A stretch of 64,000 nt of DNA from a virus, in the IMG/VR virus record IMGVR_UViG_3300023174_000084, positions 1-64,000 of that record, one strand, 5' to 3'. The notes beneath the pieces were generated by a model, which made no database searches, had not been told where the DNA came from, and saw nothing but the letters and a program-made list of their open reading frames with translations. Shown here piece by piece: positions 1 to 8,158 of this stretch. How positions within the stretch are numbered: position 1 is the stretch's first letter; the number at the start of each line of letters is the position of its first letter. Position numbers and translations under genes: made by a program.

Positions 1-16
1 TTAAAAATATTCAAGT

Positions 17-295
17 TCATTTGCAATTCGCTCCAGTTGTTGGCGTTATTGGTGTTGGTGTATTTTGTGCAATGGGTTTAGTTCCATCTGGTCCCAAGCG
101 TGGGTCATTTTGACCCTTAAAAATGTGTTGAGGACAAGTCCTTGTTACATCACAATATGGCAACTTGCATATATCTTTATCCCAATTTGCTGGGTCTTGG
201 CATGGGTAACGAAACTTATCACCACTAAAATATGCCAATGTCAATGGAAGCAATAATAAAATAATTAGGCCTTTGGCTAATCTTTTATCATTCAT
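17..295 (-). CDS. hypothetical membrane-anchored Cys-containing protein of the lysis region
   Basis: N-terminal hydrophobic segment, four Cys in RYPCQDP..C..P.C....TCP; TAATG-coupled to the endolysin. Confidence 0.6.
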   Translation of the reverse strand: MNDKRLAKGLIILLLLPLTLAYFSGDKFRYPCQDPANWDKDICKLPYCDVTRTCPQHIFKGQNDPRLGPDGTKPIAQNTPTPITPTTGANCK

Positions 296-921
296 TAGTG
301 AACTCCTAATACATGAAGTGCGTGTTCATAATGTTTGATTCTATCTTCAAGACCAATGGTACCACCATTGATACGCTTAGTTAATGTAAGAATGTCGCCT
401 TTGTCAGCCCATTGATTAAGATTGTTTGTTTCCCAAAACCAACAAGCAGATTGAGCTGCACCTTCAAATGTTTGCAGATATTCAGATGCTTGTTCAACAG
501 GTATTTCAATTGAGGCAGCAAACCAAGAATAGTTTTCTTTACCTGTTAATTGAATTAGGCCACGACCACAATATCTGAAACCATCACCAGAAGCCTCATC
601 GCCATTACCCATACGATTAGCATAGATACGATTTGCAATTGCTTCTTGTTTGTTTGGTTTGTTTGCATACTCATTCGCCAACTCATCTGTTGGAAAATAC
701 TTTGCAAACAGTTTGCGTAGTGTAGGTGCTTTGTAATTTAGATTTTCTTTGAGAAATACAAAATTACCAGATTCGTGAGCGCATTGTGCTATGAAGGCTG
801 CAATACGCTGTGGTGTATTGATACCATAGTCAGGTAGTAATTGTGCCAAAGCATTGTGCCATTGGTCAATATAAGGATTCTTTGGAAGCAATTGCTTCAG
901 TTGGTCTTTTGTCAGTTCCAT
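295..921 (-). CDS. glycoside hydrolase family 19 endolysin
   Basis: AAFIAQCAHES, ENLNY, GDGFRYCGRGLIQLTG, TKRINGG motifs of phage GH19 lysins. Confidence 0.92.
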   Translation of the reverse strand: MELTKDQLKQLLPKNPYIDQWHNALAQLLPDYGINTPQRIAAFIAQCAHESGNFVFLKENLNYKAPTLRKLFAKYFPTDELANEYANKPNKQEAIANRIYANRMGNGDEASGDGFRYCGRGLIQLTGKENYSWFAASIEIPVEQASEYLQTFEGAAQSACWFWETNNLNQWADKGDILTLTKRINGGTIGLEDRIKHYEHALHVLGVH

Positions 922-1034
922 TATTTTTTAATCATTCCCAAAATTTTAGCTTTGATTGCTTTAGCCCAAAAAGGTTCTGGAAAATGCCAACCTACAAATG
1001 CACCAACTAAAACCCAAAAAAGTGTATCTACCAT
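921..1034 (-). CDS. 37-aa single-TM membrane peptide (not in ORF track)
   Basis: MVDTLFWVLVGAFVGWHFPEPFWAKAIKAKILGMIKK; AGGAG RBS; its TAA overlaps the endolysin ATG (TAATG). Confidence 0.7.
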   Translation of the reverse strand: MVDTLFWVLVGAFVGWHFPEPFWAKAIKAKILGMIKK

Positions 1035-1045
1035 TTTTTTACTCC

Positions 1046-1252
1046 TTATGCCATTAAAGAAGCTGCACTAATAGCAGCGTTAATAATTAAATTTAATTGT
1101 TCTTTTAATGCCAATCCTTCAGCATCATCAGCAATACCTTCCATAATATTGATGCCTTTTAGTAATTCGACATATTCTTCTTTACTAACTAATCCATCTG
1201 CCAACATTTTATTATATTCAATGATATAAGCATTTAATTGTTCTGGTGTCAT
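1046..1252 (-). CDS. hypothetical protein
   Basis: ATGA-coupled ORF in the operon. Confidence 0.65.
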   Translation of the reverse strand: MTPEQLNAYIIEYNKMLADGLVSKEEYVELLKGINIMEGIADDAEGLALKEQLNLIINAAISAASLMA

Positions 1253-1653
1253 CGTGGTTTGCTCCCTAGCACATGTTGAATTGTATCTGCTGATTTAACA
1301 ATTTGTTGTAGTTTTGCTTTACAAAAAATTGGTGAAATCTTTTCTGCTTTGTTAAAATAATCTTTTGTATCTTTTGTCAATGTCAATAACTTAGTTGACA
1401 TATTATCTGTATCTTTGTTTCTTGGTATATGAGATGTAAAATTTTTAAACTCTAAAGTCTTAATATACAAATCATTTACCTGTGTAACAACCAGTATATG
1501 GTTGCCACAATTTTCTTCTGCTACCTGTGCTTTTGTTTTAATATCATTCACAATAAAGTATTCATTGGTGTCATACTTGGCCATAAAATAGGCATCAAGT
1601 AATGTACAACCACTTAGTAATACAACAAAAGTTAAAGGCATTAATTTTTTCAT
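1249..1653 (-). CDS. putative lipoprotein
   Basis: MKK-hydrophobic-LSGC lipobox. Confidence 0.75.
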   Translation of the reverse strand: MKKLMPLTFVVLLSGCTLLDAYFMAKYDTNEYFIVNDIKTKAQVAEENCGNHILVVTQVNDLYIKTLEFKNFTSHIPRNKDTDNMSTKLLTLTKDTKDYFNKAEKISPIFCKAKLQQIVKSADTIQHVLGSKPR

Positions 1654-2087
1654 TAGTTACACCATGACTGTTTGGCGTCACCAAAGTATTCACGAGCAAA
1701 ACCATTTTGAATTAGACCTGTGCGTAGTGATTGACCATCTAAAATGATATCACCCAAGACACGGCCACCAAATTTATCCCAGCCATACAACACAACTTGA
1801 CGCTTGGTAGATTTGGTAATGGCGGCTTTTGTAAATTCACTAGCGGCTTTGCCTCGTGCATCTTCTGAAGGGCATTGGGCTCTATGTCCTTTTTCGGGAG
1901 TATCCACGCCGAATATTCTAACGGCAAGTTCGGGTTTAAGTGGTGCCGGTAAAAAGGGAGCCGCTATGACCACAGTATCGCCATCGCTTACACGGACAAT
2001 CTGAGCATCATAGGTTACACCTTGCGGAGTTTTCTGTGCCATTGCCAACATAGGCATGGCTAGTAATACAAGTAATAGTTTTTTCAT
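1653..2087 (-). CDS. exported thermonuclease (SNase-like)
   Basis: signal peptide ending AMA; RVSDGDT, VRIFGVDTPE, DKFGGRVLG, GFAREY SNase motifs. Confidence 0.88.
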   Translation of the reverse strand: MKKLLLVLLAMPMLAMAQKTPQGVTYDAQIVRVSDGDTVVIAAPFLPAPLKPELAVRIFGVDTPEKGHRAQCPSEDARGKAASEFTKAAITKSTKRQVVLYGWDKFGGRVLGDIILDGQSLRTGLIQNGFAREYFGDAKQSWCN

Positions 2088-2377
2088 TTTACACTATCAA
2101 AAATTTGTTTCTGTTGTTTATGCCATAATTGCCACGCATTGTATCTGTCTTGTAATTCATAGTACAAACCGTAATTTTCATTAGCATTTTGTAATAAATC
2201 TGCTAATGTCTTTTTATTCTCATTTAGAGGCTTTAGAACCGGAGCGGGCTCCATTAGCACTTGAGGAGCTTCTGGAAACTTTTGGCTCAATGGCACGGTT
2301 GTAGAGCACCCAAGCATCATCAGACAGCTTGCACTCAGCATTAATAGCTTCCCTCTTTGCTTCAATGGCTTTAGCAT
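2084..2377 (-). CDS. putative o-spanin (Rz1-like lipoprotein)
   Basis: basic N-region, MLGC lipobox, Pro-rich stretch (FPEAPQVLMEPAP); overlaps the 3' end of the upstream gene in another frame. Confidence 0.7.
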   Translation of the reverse strand: MLKPLKQRGKLLMLSASCLMMLGCSTTVPLSQKFPEAPQVLMEPAPVLKPLNENKKTLADLLQNANENYGLYYELQDRYNAWQLWHKQQKQIFDSVK

Positions 2378-2714
2378 TTTTATTCACCTTCTCTTTAATC
2401 AACTCTTTATTCTTGCTAACTTCAGCTGCCAACTTTTCATTGGCCTTTACAGATTTAACTTCTGCTTCTTTTATCTTTGCTTGCATTTCGGCTATTCTAG
2501 CACGATACGACATTTCTGTGGCATATCCTCCTTCAAAGAATACACCAATTACTAATAACACTATACCTAACTGTCTGCCAACCAAAGCGTATGGTTGAAT
2601 TATAGGTATAAATCTAACAAGCGATCCTACAAATGTTAATAATAATCCAAGTATAACTAGACCATGTATTGCCCATTGTAAAATCCAATCAGGAATGAAT
2701 GACAAAAACCACAT
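2220..2714 (-). CDS. putative i-spanin (Rz-like)
   Basis: N-terminal TM segments then a coiled coil with a C-terminal Cys; overlapped by the lipoprotein gene. Confidence 0.65.
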   Translation of the reverse strand: MWFLSFIPDWILQWAIHGLVILGLLLTFVGSLVRFIPIIQPYALVGRQLGIVLLVIGVFFEGGYATEMSYRARIAEMQAKIKEAEVKSVKANEKLAAEVSKNKELIKEKVNKNAKAIEAKREAINAECKLSDDAWVLYNRAIEPKVSRSSSSANGARSGSKASK

Positions 2715-2715
2715 A

Positions 2716-3411
2716 TTAAGCCTTTGGAGATTTTCTCCTGATAGACATCATAACAGGACTTTTCTTTTTACGAGGTAAATAAACACCTGGTTCGCCACCT
2801 TTAGGTAGTCCACTACCAGCAATTGCACCACTACTTACAACATTGGTTGGACCGGCAGAACCACCCATAGCACCATCTTCTTTTAATGAATCAAAATGTG
2901 CTTGTGCTTCTCTTTTGGATTTAAACCTTTGAATCATACCTGTTGGTTCAGTAACTTTATACTCCACATGGTCGCTTGTTCGTCCTGATGGATTGTTTAT
3001 TTTCTCAATCTTTGGAGTTGTTTTTACTATTGGTTTAATATATTTTTTAAACCTATCTTTTAAATCTGTTTCTTCTGGTACACAATTAGGCACCATACGA
3101 TTGCCTTTTTTCTTCATACCTTTTGCTGTGTATCCTGCCCAACAAGCTTCATCAACTTCTTCTGTTTTTACATTGATTGGTGCACCACGGCGTTCTGGAT
3201 TTGGATCTTCTCTACGCTTTCTTTGAGCGGCACTAGCACGAGCTTCTTTACCAATTGCGTGAGCTTTGGCCTGAGGTAAACATTTTGGTTTACCTTCGCC
3301 TGGTTCTCTTGCACAGTCACCTTTGATATTACCTTTGGTGTCCATGCGAACCCATTTCTGCTTAAACCACTTGCGTAAATCTTCACCGAGATATTGTTTG
3401 AAGGTTTGCAT
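2716..3411 (-). CDS. putative internal head protein, modular
   Basis: likely start MQTFKQYLGE (TAATG coupling), resembling the T4 capsid-targeting sequence; LRKWFKQKWV and CWAGY..KKKGNRMVPNCV modules. Confidence 0.65.
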   Translation of the reverse strand: MQTFKQYLGEDLRKWFKQKWVRMDTKGNIKGDCAREPGEGKPKCLPQAKAHAIGKEARASAAQRKRREDPNPERRGAPINVKTEEVDEACWAGYTAKGMKKKGNRMVPNCVPEETDLKDRFKKYIKPIVKTTPKIEKINNPSGRTSDHVEYKVTEPTGMIQRFKSKREAQAHFDSLKEDGAMGGSAGPTNVVSSGAIAGSGLPKGGEPGVYLPRKKKSPVMMSIRRKSPKA

Positions 3412-3731
3412 TAGCAATTCCACTTTCTTAGTGCTTTGTTGATACGGCTATCTGGATCATTCGCTGTCTTGGCAGATGTTAATCGTTTCTTCATTCCACC
3501 CATTCTGGCACAAAATGATTTTCTACGATTAGCTGCCTTAGAACCTGGTTTTAGTTTAGATGGCTTTGTTGTAACAGCCATGCTTAATTTAGAACCTGGA
3601 TTTTCTCTGCGATATGAAGCAATACCTTTACGATTCAATCCGCCTTCTGGATCTTTACCTGCGGCTCGTTGCCACGCAGGAGATTTTTCTTCTAAGTATT
3701 CTTCCGTTACGAATTGCTTGAAAGTTTTCAT
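3411..3731 (-). CDS. putative internal head protein (DUF6321-like)
   Basis: MKTFKQFVTE start; AWQR..GK.PEGGLN.KG..SY.RENPGS, RRKSFCARM, ALRKWNC. Confidence 0.65.
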   Translation of the reverse strand: MKTFKQFVTEEYLEEKSPAWQRAAGKDPEGGLNRKGIASYRRENPGSKLSMAVTTKPSKLKPGSKAANRRKSFCARMGGMKKRLTSAKTANDPDSRINKALRKWNC

Positions 3732-4114
3732 ATTTTCCTCAATATCTCTGCGACATTAACATCTATTGGTATCTCTACAACAGAAATGTTTTTACCTCTG
3801 ATACCGTAAACTATTTCTGGTACAATATTCAAATAAGACAAAAAAGTTTTCAATATATCATAATCTCGTTCATCTATCTTATAGAATAATATTCTTGCCG
3901 TTGCTTCAGGACCAAAAACATTGTTCAATAAAATAATGTGATTTAATATCAATCTCTCTTTAAGAGATTTTGTAATTTTGTATCTACGGAACAAACGCTT
4001 CAAATACTTTGTTCTTTTGATATCACTTTCAAATTCAGACATAATACAATGTGGTGCATTATAACATTTCATTGCATATATCAAAAAATTATCATCATTC
4101 AATTCATCAATCAT
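3728..4114 (-). CDS. conserved T4-like hypothetical protein
   Basis: NFLIYAMKCY, EFESDIKR.KYLKRL, RLILNHIILL.NVFG pattern typical of T4-like phages. Confidence 0.7.
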   Translation of the reverse strand: MIDELNDDNFLIYAMKCYNAPHCIMSEFESDIKRTKYLKRLFRRYKITKSLKERLILNHIILLNNVFGPEATARILFYKIDERDYDILKTFLSYLNIVPEIVYGIRGKNISVVEIPIDVNVAEILRKI

Positions 4115-4578
4115 TATTCTTCTTCTATATCGTCATCCTCAGATTCTTCAATATGTTTTGCTAATTCTTCTGCGTCCATTATTTTTGCTTTTGTTTCATA
4201 ATGGCCATCATCTTGCAATTCATAACTATAATAGAAGAAATATTCTGTTTCATCTAAATTGTTTAATTTCTCCACTTTGCCACACAGTCCGGCACCAGAC
4301 TTGGCACCGAACTGATCCACGGCAATTATTTCTTCACCTTCTTCCATGTTGGTGAATGTTATTTTGGGAGGAGAAATCCCATACAGATTTAATACTTTTG
4401 TTACTCTGAACAAATCAGTATATGGGTTCACCGAATGTCCAGTTGATGCTAGTGCTAAGTTTCTATTCAATTCTTGACGTGCTTGAGCATCGTCTAAATT
4501 TATATTATTGACGATAACTGTCGCAGTGGGGAAACTAAAATCTCCCCACTCTTTCAAGTATTGTTGAAAAGATAACAT
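4114..4578 (-). CDS. hypothetical acidic protein with capsid-targeting-like N-terminus
   Basis: MLSFQQYLKE start; TAATG coupling. Confidence 0.6.
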   Translation of the reverse strand: MLSFQQYLKEWGDFSFPTATVIVNNINLDDAQARQELNRNLALASTGHSVNPYTDLFRVTKVLNLYGISPPKITFTNMEEGEEIIAVDQFGAKSGAGLCGKVEKLNNLDETEYFFYYSYELQDDGHYETKAKIMDAEELAKHIEESEDDDIEEE

Positions 4579-5261
4579 TAGGTAACTGTGTTAATTACAG
4601 CGTTAGCACTATTAACAGCGGTAGCTTCTGTACCTGTTGCATTAACAACGCAACGCAATACATAGTTGTTAATTGTTCCGTTAGTAGGTGCTACTACCAA
4701 GTTAGCCGTTGTTCCGCCAGTATAAACTGCACCAGAAGGTGTACCATTTACAACGTTGACCCATACACCGCCGGTGTTGTTGTTAACTTGCCATTGATAT
4801 GTCAATGGAGCTGCTGTATTACCTTCGGTGATACTTGCTACTACACGGAATGTTGCGCCATTGGCACTAGTTATGTTAGCAGTATTTTGACTTGGTTGTG
4901 AAGTGATTGTAATAGTAGCGTCTGGATAGATTGGACTTGTATTGTCTGTGATAATGCCGGTAGCAATCAAAACTTCTTGTTGCACACGACCTGCACGTCC
5001 ACCAGAACCAACGGTGCGTAACACCCATCCGCTATGAGCTACTTGGTCATTAACATCAGCTTCAAAAGCATCAACGGCAAATAAACCAATAGTTTCATCA
5101 GTAGTATAAACATCTGCTGTTGTATTTTGGTATAATCTTGCTACGTTGGCTGCTGTTGGAGCAGAGTAATTAATTTTCACATTTTGTGCATTAACAATCG
5201 TTGAATTTACAGCCCAATATGGTGCGTTGGCTGCGTTATCGTTATTTCCCCATGATGGCAT
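4578..5261 (-). CDS. virion structural protein with C-terminal Ig-like domain
   Basis: ITSQP..ATF.V.A..LTYQWQ..W..L...YVLRCVV Ig pattern; late promoter upstream. Confidence 0.7.
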   Translation of the reverse strand: MPSWGNNDNAANAPYWAVNSTIVNAQNVKINYSAPTAANVARLYQNTTADVYTTDETIGLFAVDAFEADVNDQVAHSGWVLRTVGSGGRAGRVQQEVLIATGIITDNTSPIYPDATITITSQPSQNTANITSANGATFRVVASITEGNTAAPLTYQWQVNNNTGGVWVNVVNGTPSGAVYTGGTTANLVVAPTNGTINNYVLRCVVNATGTEATAVNSANAVINTVT

Positions 5262-5295
5262 TTTTTTCTCCTTATTAACCTCGGGTTATGTTGCT

Positions 5296-5303
5296 TATTT
5301 ATG
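5296..5303 (-). promoter_or_regulatory. T4-type late promoter variant (CATAAATA)
   Basis: one mismatch to TATAAATA, about 35 nt upstream of a structural gene. Confidence 0.6.
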
Positions 5304-5304
5304 T

Positions 5305-6501
5305 TTAATTATCGTTGTTCTTATTTGCTTTTCTCATTACAGGATCAATTTCCAAAGTATCTCTAGTTTGACCTGTCAAAGTTTTACCACCTTTTAAAAC
5401 CATAGCTGCTTGAGTATCTTCATCTCCATAGGCTTCTTGTTTTTCAACCTTTGGTTTCTTTCCATAAGTAGCTACCGATTTATCTTCTTTTTCATGGTCA
5501 TATATTTCTTCTTTGACCATTTTGTGTTTTTTATATAATGATTTAATGATACGAGCAGATTTAGACATTTCTTTTTGTTTAGAATATGTTGGTTCTCTAT
5601 CGTCTGCTTGATTGGCCATATCAAAAGGCATCTGTGTTGCTGCATAGGTATCTTGAAATACATCTTCTTTCATTTTCAATTCATCTTTTCTTTTACCAAA
5701 AGTCTTATGAACCAGAGTATCTAATTTTTTATGAAATAAAGTTTCTTTTGCTTTACTGATACCAGGATCCGCTGCTTCTTTATTAAGATGTTTCTCTAAA
5801 CGGTCAATAGCACCTTTTAAATCACCAGTTGGTTTTTCATACTGGCTGTGTTTCTTTTCTCTTTCTGCTGCAGCTTTACGAAACTTATCTAAAGCTGTCA
5901 TTTTTGGTTTCTTTGCTTCAGTCATTGCACCCATGGCACGAACTTTGTCCATAACTGCTTGGTGATCCAGAGCGCCACGAGAATCTCTCTCATCTTCTAA
6001 AGCACGCAAATGGTCTTTTGTAACATTCATACCATGACGGCGAATCAATTCTTTAGCAATTTCTTCGTGATTATCAAAACCTTCTTTATGTAAACCATTA
6101 TGTTTAAGAACTTTGGTCATATGTTTCTCTCTGTTTAGAGCATGTTGGCGTAATTCAACAGGAGTATGTTGTAATGTTTTACCTTCTTCAATTTCAACTT
6201 CTTCTCGTTGAGCTCTTTGCGCTTTCATTTTTTCTCTTGTAACAGATGAAACATAATCAGCTGGATCATCAAACATATGGTCACGCTTCCATTTTTGAAA
6301 CTCAGAAGATTTAGAATGTGATATTTTAGTATCTTTGCCTACGAATTCAGGATTAATACCACGAGACCTTAGATAAGCATGCAACATGCCGGCTTCACTC
6401 TCTGTGATACCTGCACGAACTGACCATGGTTCATTTGGGTCGGTGCCAAAGGTGGGTTTCTTTTCACCCTTAACAATTAATTTTAATTTCTTTGCGTCCA
6501 T
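5305..6501 (-). CDS. Lys/Glu-rich putative internal head polyprotein
   Basis: basic modules separated by acidic xxE linkers (EEVEIEE, MTE, MKED, VKEE). Confidence 0.6.
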   Translation of the reverse strand: MDAKKLKLIVKGEKKPTFGTDPNEPWSVRAGITESEAGMLHAYLRSRGINPEFVGKDTKISHSKSSEFQKWKRDHMFDDPADYVSSVTREKMKAQRAQREEVEIEEGKTLQHTPVELRQHALNREKHMTKVLKHNGLHKEGFDNHEEIAKELIRRHGMNVTKDHLRALEDERDSRGALDHQAVMDKVRAMGAMTEAKKPKMTALDKFRKAAAEREKKHSQYEKPTGDLKGAIDRLEKHLNKEAADPGISKAKETLFHKKLDTLVHKTFGKRKDELKMKEDVFQDTYAATQMPFDMANQADDREPTYSKQKEMSKSARIIKSLYKKHKMVKEEIYDHEKEDKSVATYGKKPKVEKQEAYGDEDTQAAMVLKGGKTLTGQTRDTLEIDPVMRKANKNNDN

Positions 6502-6510
6502 TATTTCACC

Positions 6511-8157
6511 TTAACCGTTATTTCCTGGTGCTTTACCTAACATCTCTGTTTTGATACGTTTCATTGCTTGACGAGCCAAATCTTTAGCACGGGACATTGG
6601 TGTATGCTTTGCACCAGATTTATCTGTTACTGTGCCACCAATTTTTTTGTAAGGTCCATCAAAAGGAGGTTGCTCAGCATTTGTTACAAAAGGAACTGTA
6701 TCCGATTCAGGATGTTTACCTTCTGTAACACCACGAGCTTTGGCCAAATTTTCTTTTGAAGAAATAGAATCTTTACTTCCAGCCTTTGCATCAGCAACTG
6801 TCAATGGTTTGTCACCACGAGCTTTGCGAATGAAAGCTGGAATGTCAGACTTTTTTACTTCTTCTTTCATTGGACCTCCACGAAATTTTACTTTTGTGGA
6901 TTTAGCATCAGAACCAGGACCAACATCATCTTTTTGTGCTGTTGGTTCTTGGCCTTTTAATGTGTCTTTGGTACGAACATTTGGATCGATTTCTTCTTCG
7001 ACTGTATCTTCTTTCATTGCCTGTTTTGTTGCTGTAGCATACATTACAGATTTAGCATCTTTTCCATAACGCTGTCTAAATCCAGCAAAGCCTTTTTTCA
7101 TAGACTTAACAATCTTCTCACGCTTGGCCATTTCAGCATCAGTCATTTCTTTTTCTTCTAATTCATACACTTCTAATAAAGCATCAATATCTTCATCAGA
7201 CCAATCTTCATCTTCTTTACGGAGCTTAGCAAGAATAGCACCAGCGACACGCTTACCTGCTTCAGCAGAACCATAACGCTCACCAGCTTTCTTTGCAATC
7301 ATACCAAATGCTTTACCTGGTTTACCAATATCTTTTCCAGCACGAGCCGCTTTAGCTGAATAACCAGCTTTTTCATCCAGTTCTTCAACTTCTTCTTTTA
7401 CTGATTTCCAACCACCACCCATTGCTTTGTATTTCTTTGAAGCCCAACCATTTGCGTAAGCAGATGGATATACTGCAAATTTAGATTTAGCAGCTGCTTT
7501 TGCTTTAGCCCATTTCTCTGGACTTGTTGGTACATTCTTCTCATCAATTTGTTCTACATCTTCTTTGTGCATCTTTTCTACATGTTTAGAAACTTCACCA
7601 TCTTTGCCATGCATTTTCTTTTCGTGCTTTTTTACTTCAGCTTCACAAGAAGCTTCATCTAATTCAACTTCTTCTTTCTGTTGGGCACGGAGAATTGCAA
7701 AGTCTTGAGAATCAATTTTGTTATTTTTATTCTTATCAATCTTGTGTTGTTTACCTTTTAAGGCTTCAAGTAATTTATTCTTAAATTCCATTTCTTCATC
7801 GTAACGACCACGAGTTTTCTTCTCATCTTCTACATCTTTTTTAATCAAGTCTTTTGTCTTTGGACCTTTTAATGTGTCAACAACATGTTTTTCTGGTTTA
7901 GAACCACCGTATGCTTTGGTGGAACGATGAACTAAACCTGTTTTGGTACGAGTAACTTCGCCAGACATAGCTTCATCAACAGTATCTTCTTTAACTGGTT
8001 TCTTACCAGCACGGAGAGATGCTAAATCACCGCCATCAATCTCATCTTTTGGATGTTCAATTTTGGCAATTTCTTTTTGCTTAGCTGACAGTTCTTTTTC
8101 TGTAATTTCTTTTATAGCTTCAGCAATTGAATCCATTTTTAACTTGTTGACAAACAT
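6511..8157 (-). CDS. Lys/Glu-rich putative internal head polyprotein
   Basis: repeated KE(E/D)..(L/I/V)DE linkers, EF-hand-like IDKNKNNKIDSQDF, YPSAYANGW..K.YK..GGGW module. Confidence 0.65.
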   Translation of the reverse strand: MFVNKLKMDSIAEAIKEITEKELSAKQKEIAKIEHPKDEIDGGDLASLRAGKKPVKEDTVDEAMSGEVTRTKTGLVHRSTKAYGGSKPEKHVVDTLKGPKTKDLIKKDVEDEKKTRGRYDEEMEFKNKLLEALKGKQHKIDKNKNNKIDSQDFAILRAQQKEEVELDEASCEAEVKKHEKKMHGKDGEVSKHVEKMHKEDVEQIDEKNVPTSPEKWAKAKAAAKSKFAVYPSAYANGWASKKYKAMGGGWKSVKEEVEELDEKAGYSAKAARAGKDIGKPGKAFGMIAKKAGERYGSAEAGKRVAGAILAKLRKEDEDWSDEDIDALLEVYELEEKEMTDAEMAKREKIVKSMKKGFAGFRQRYGKDAKSVMYATATKQAMKEDTVEEEIDPNVRTKDTLKGQEPTAQKDDVGPGSDAKSTKVKFRGGPMKEEVKKSDIPAFIRKARGDKPLTVADAKAGSKDSISSKENLAKARGVTEGKHPESDTVPFVTNAEQPPFDGPYKKIGGTVTDKSGAKHTPMSRAKDLARQAMKRIKTEMLGKAPGNNG

Positions 8158-8158
8158 T

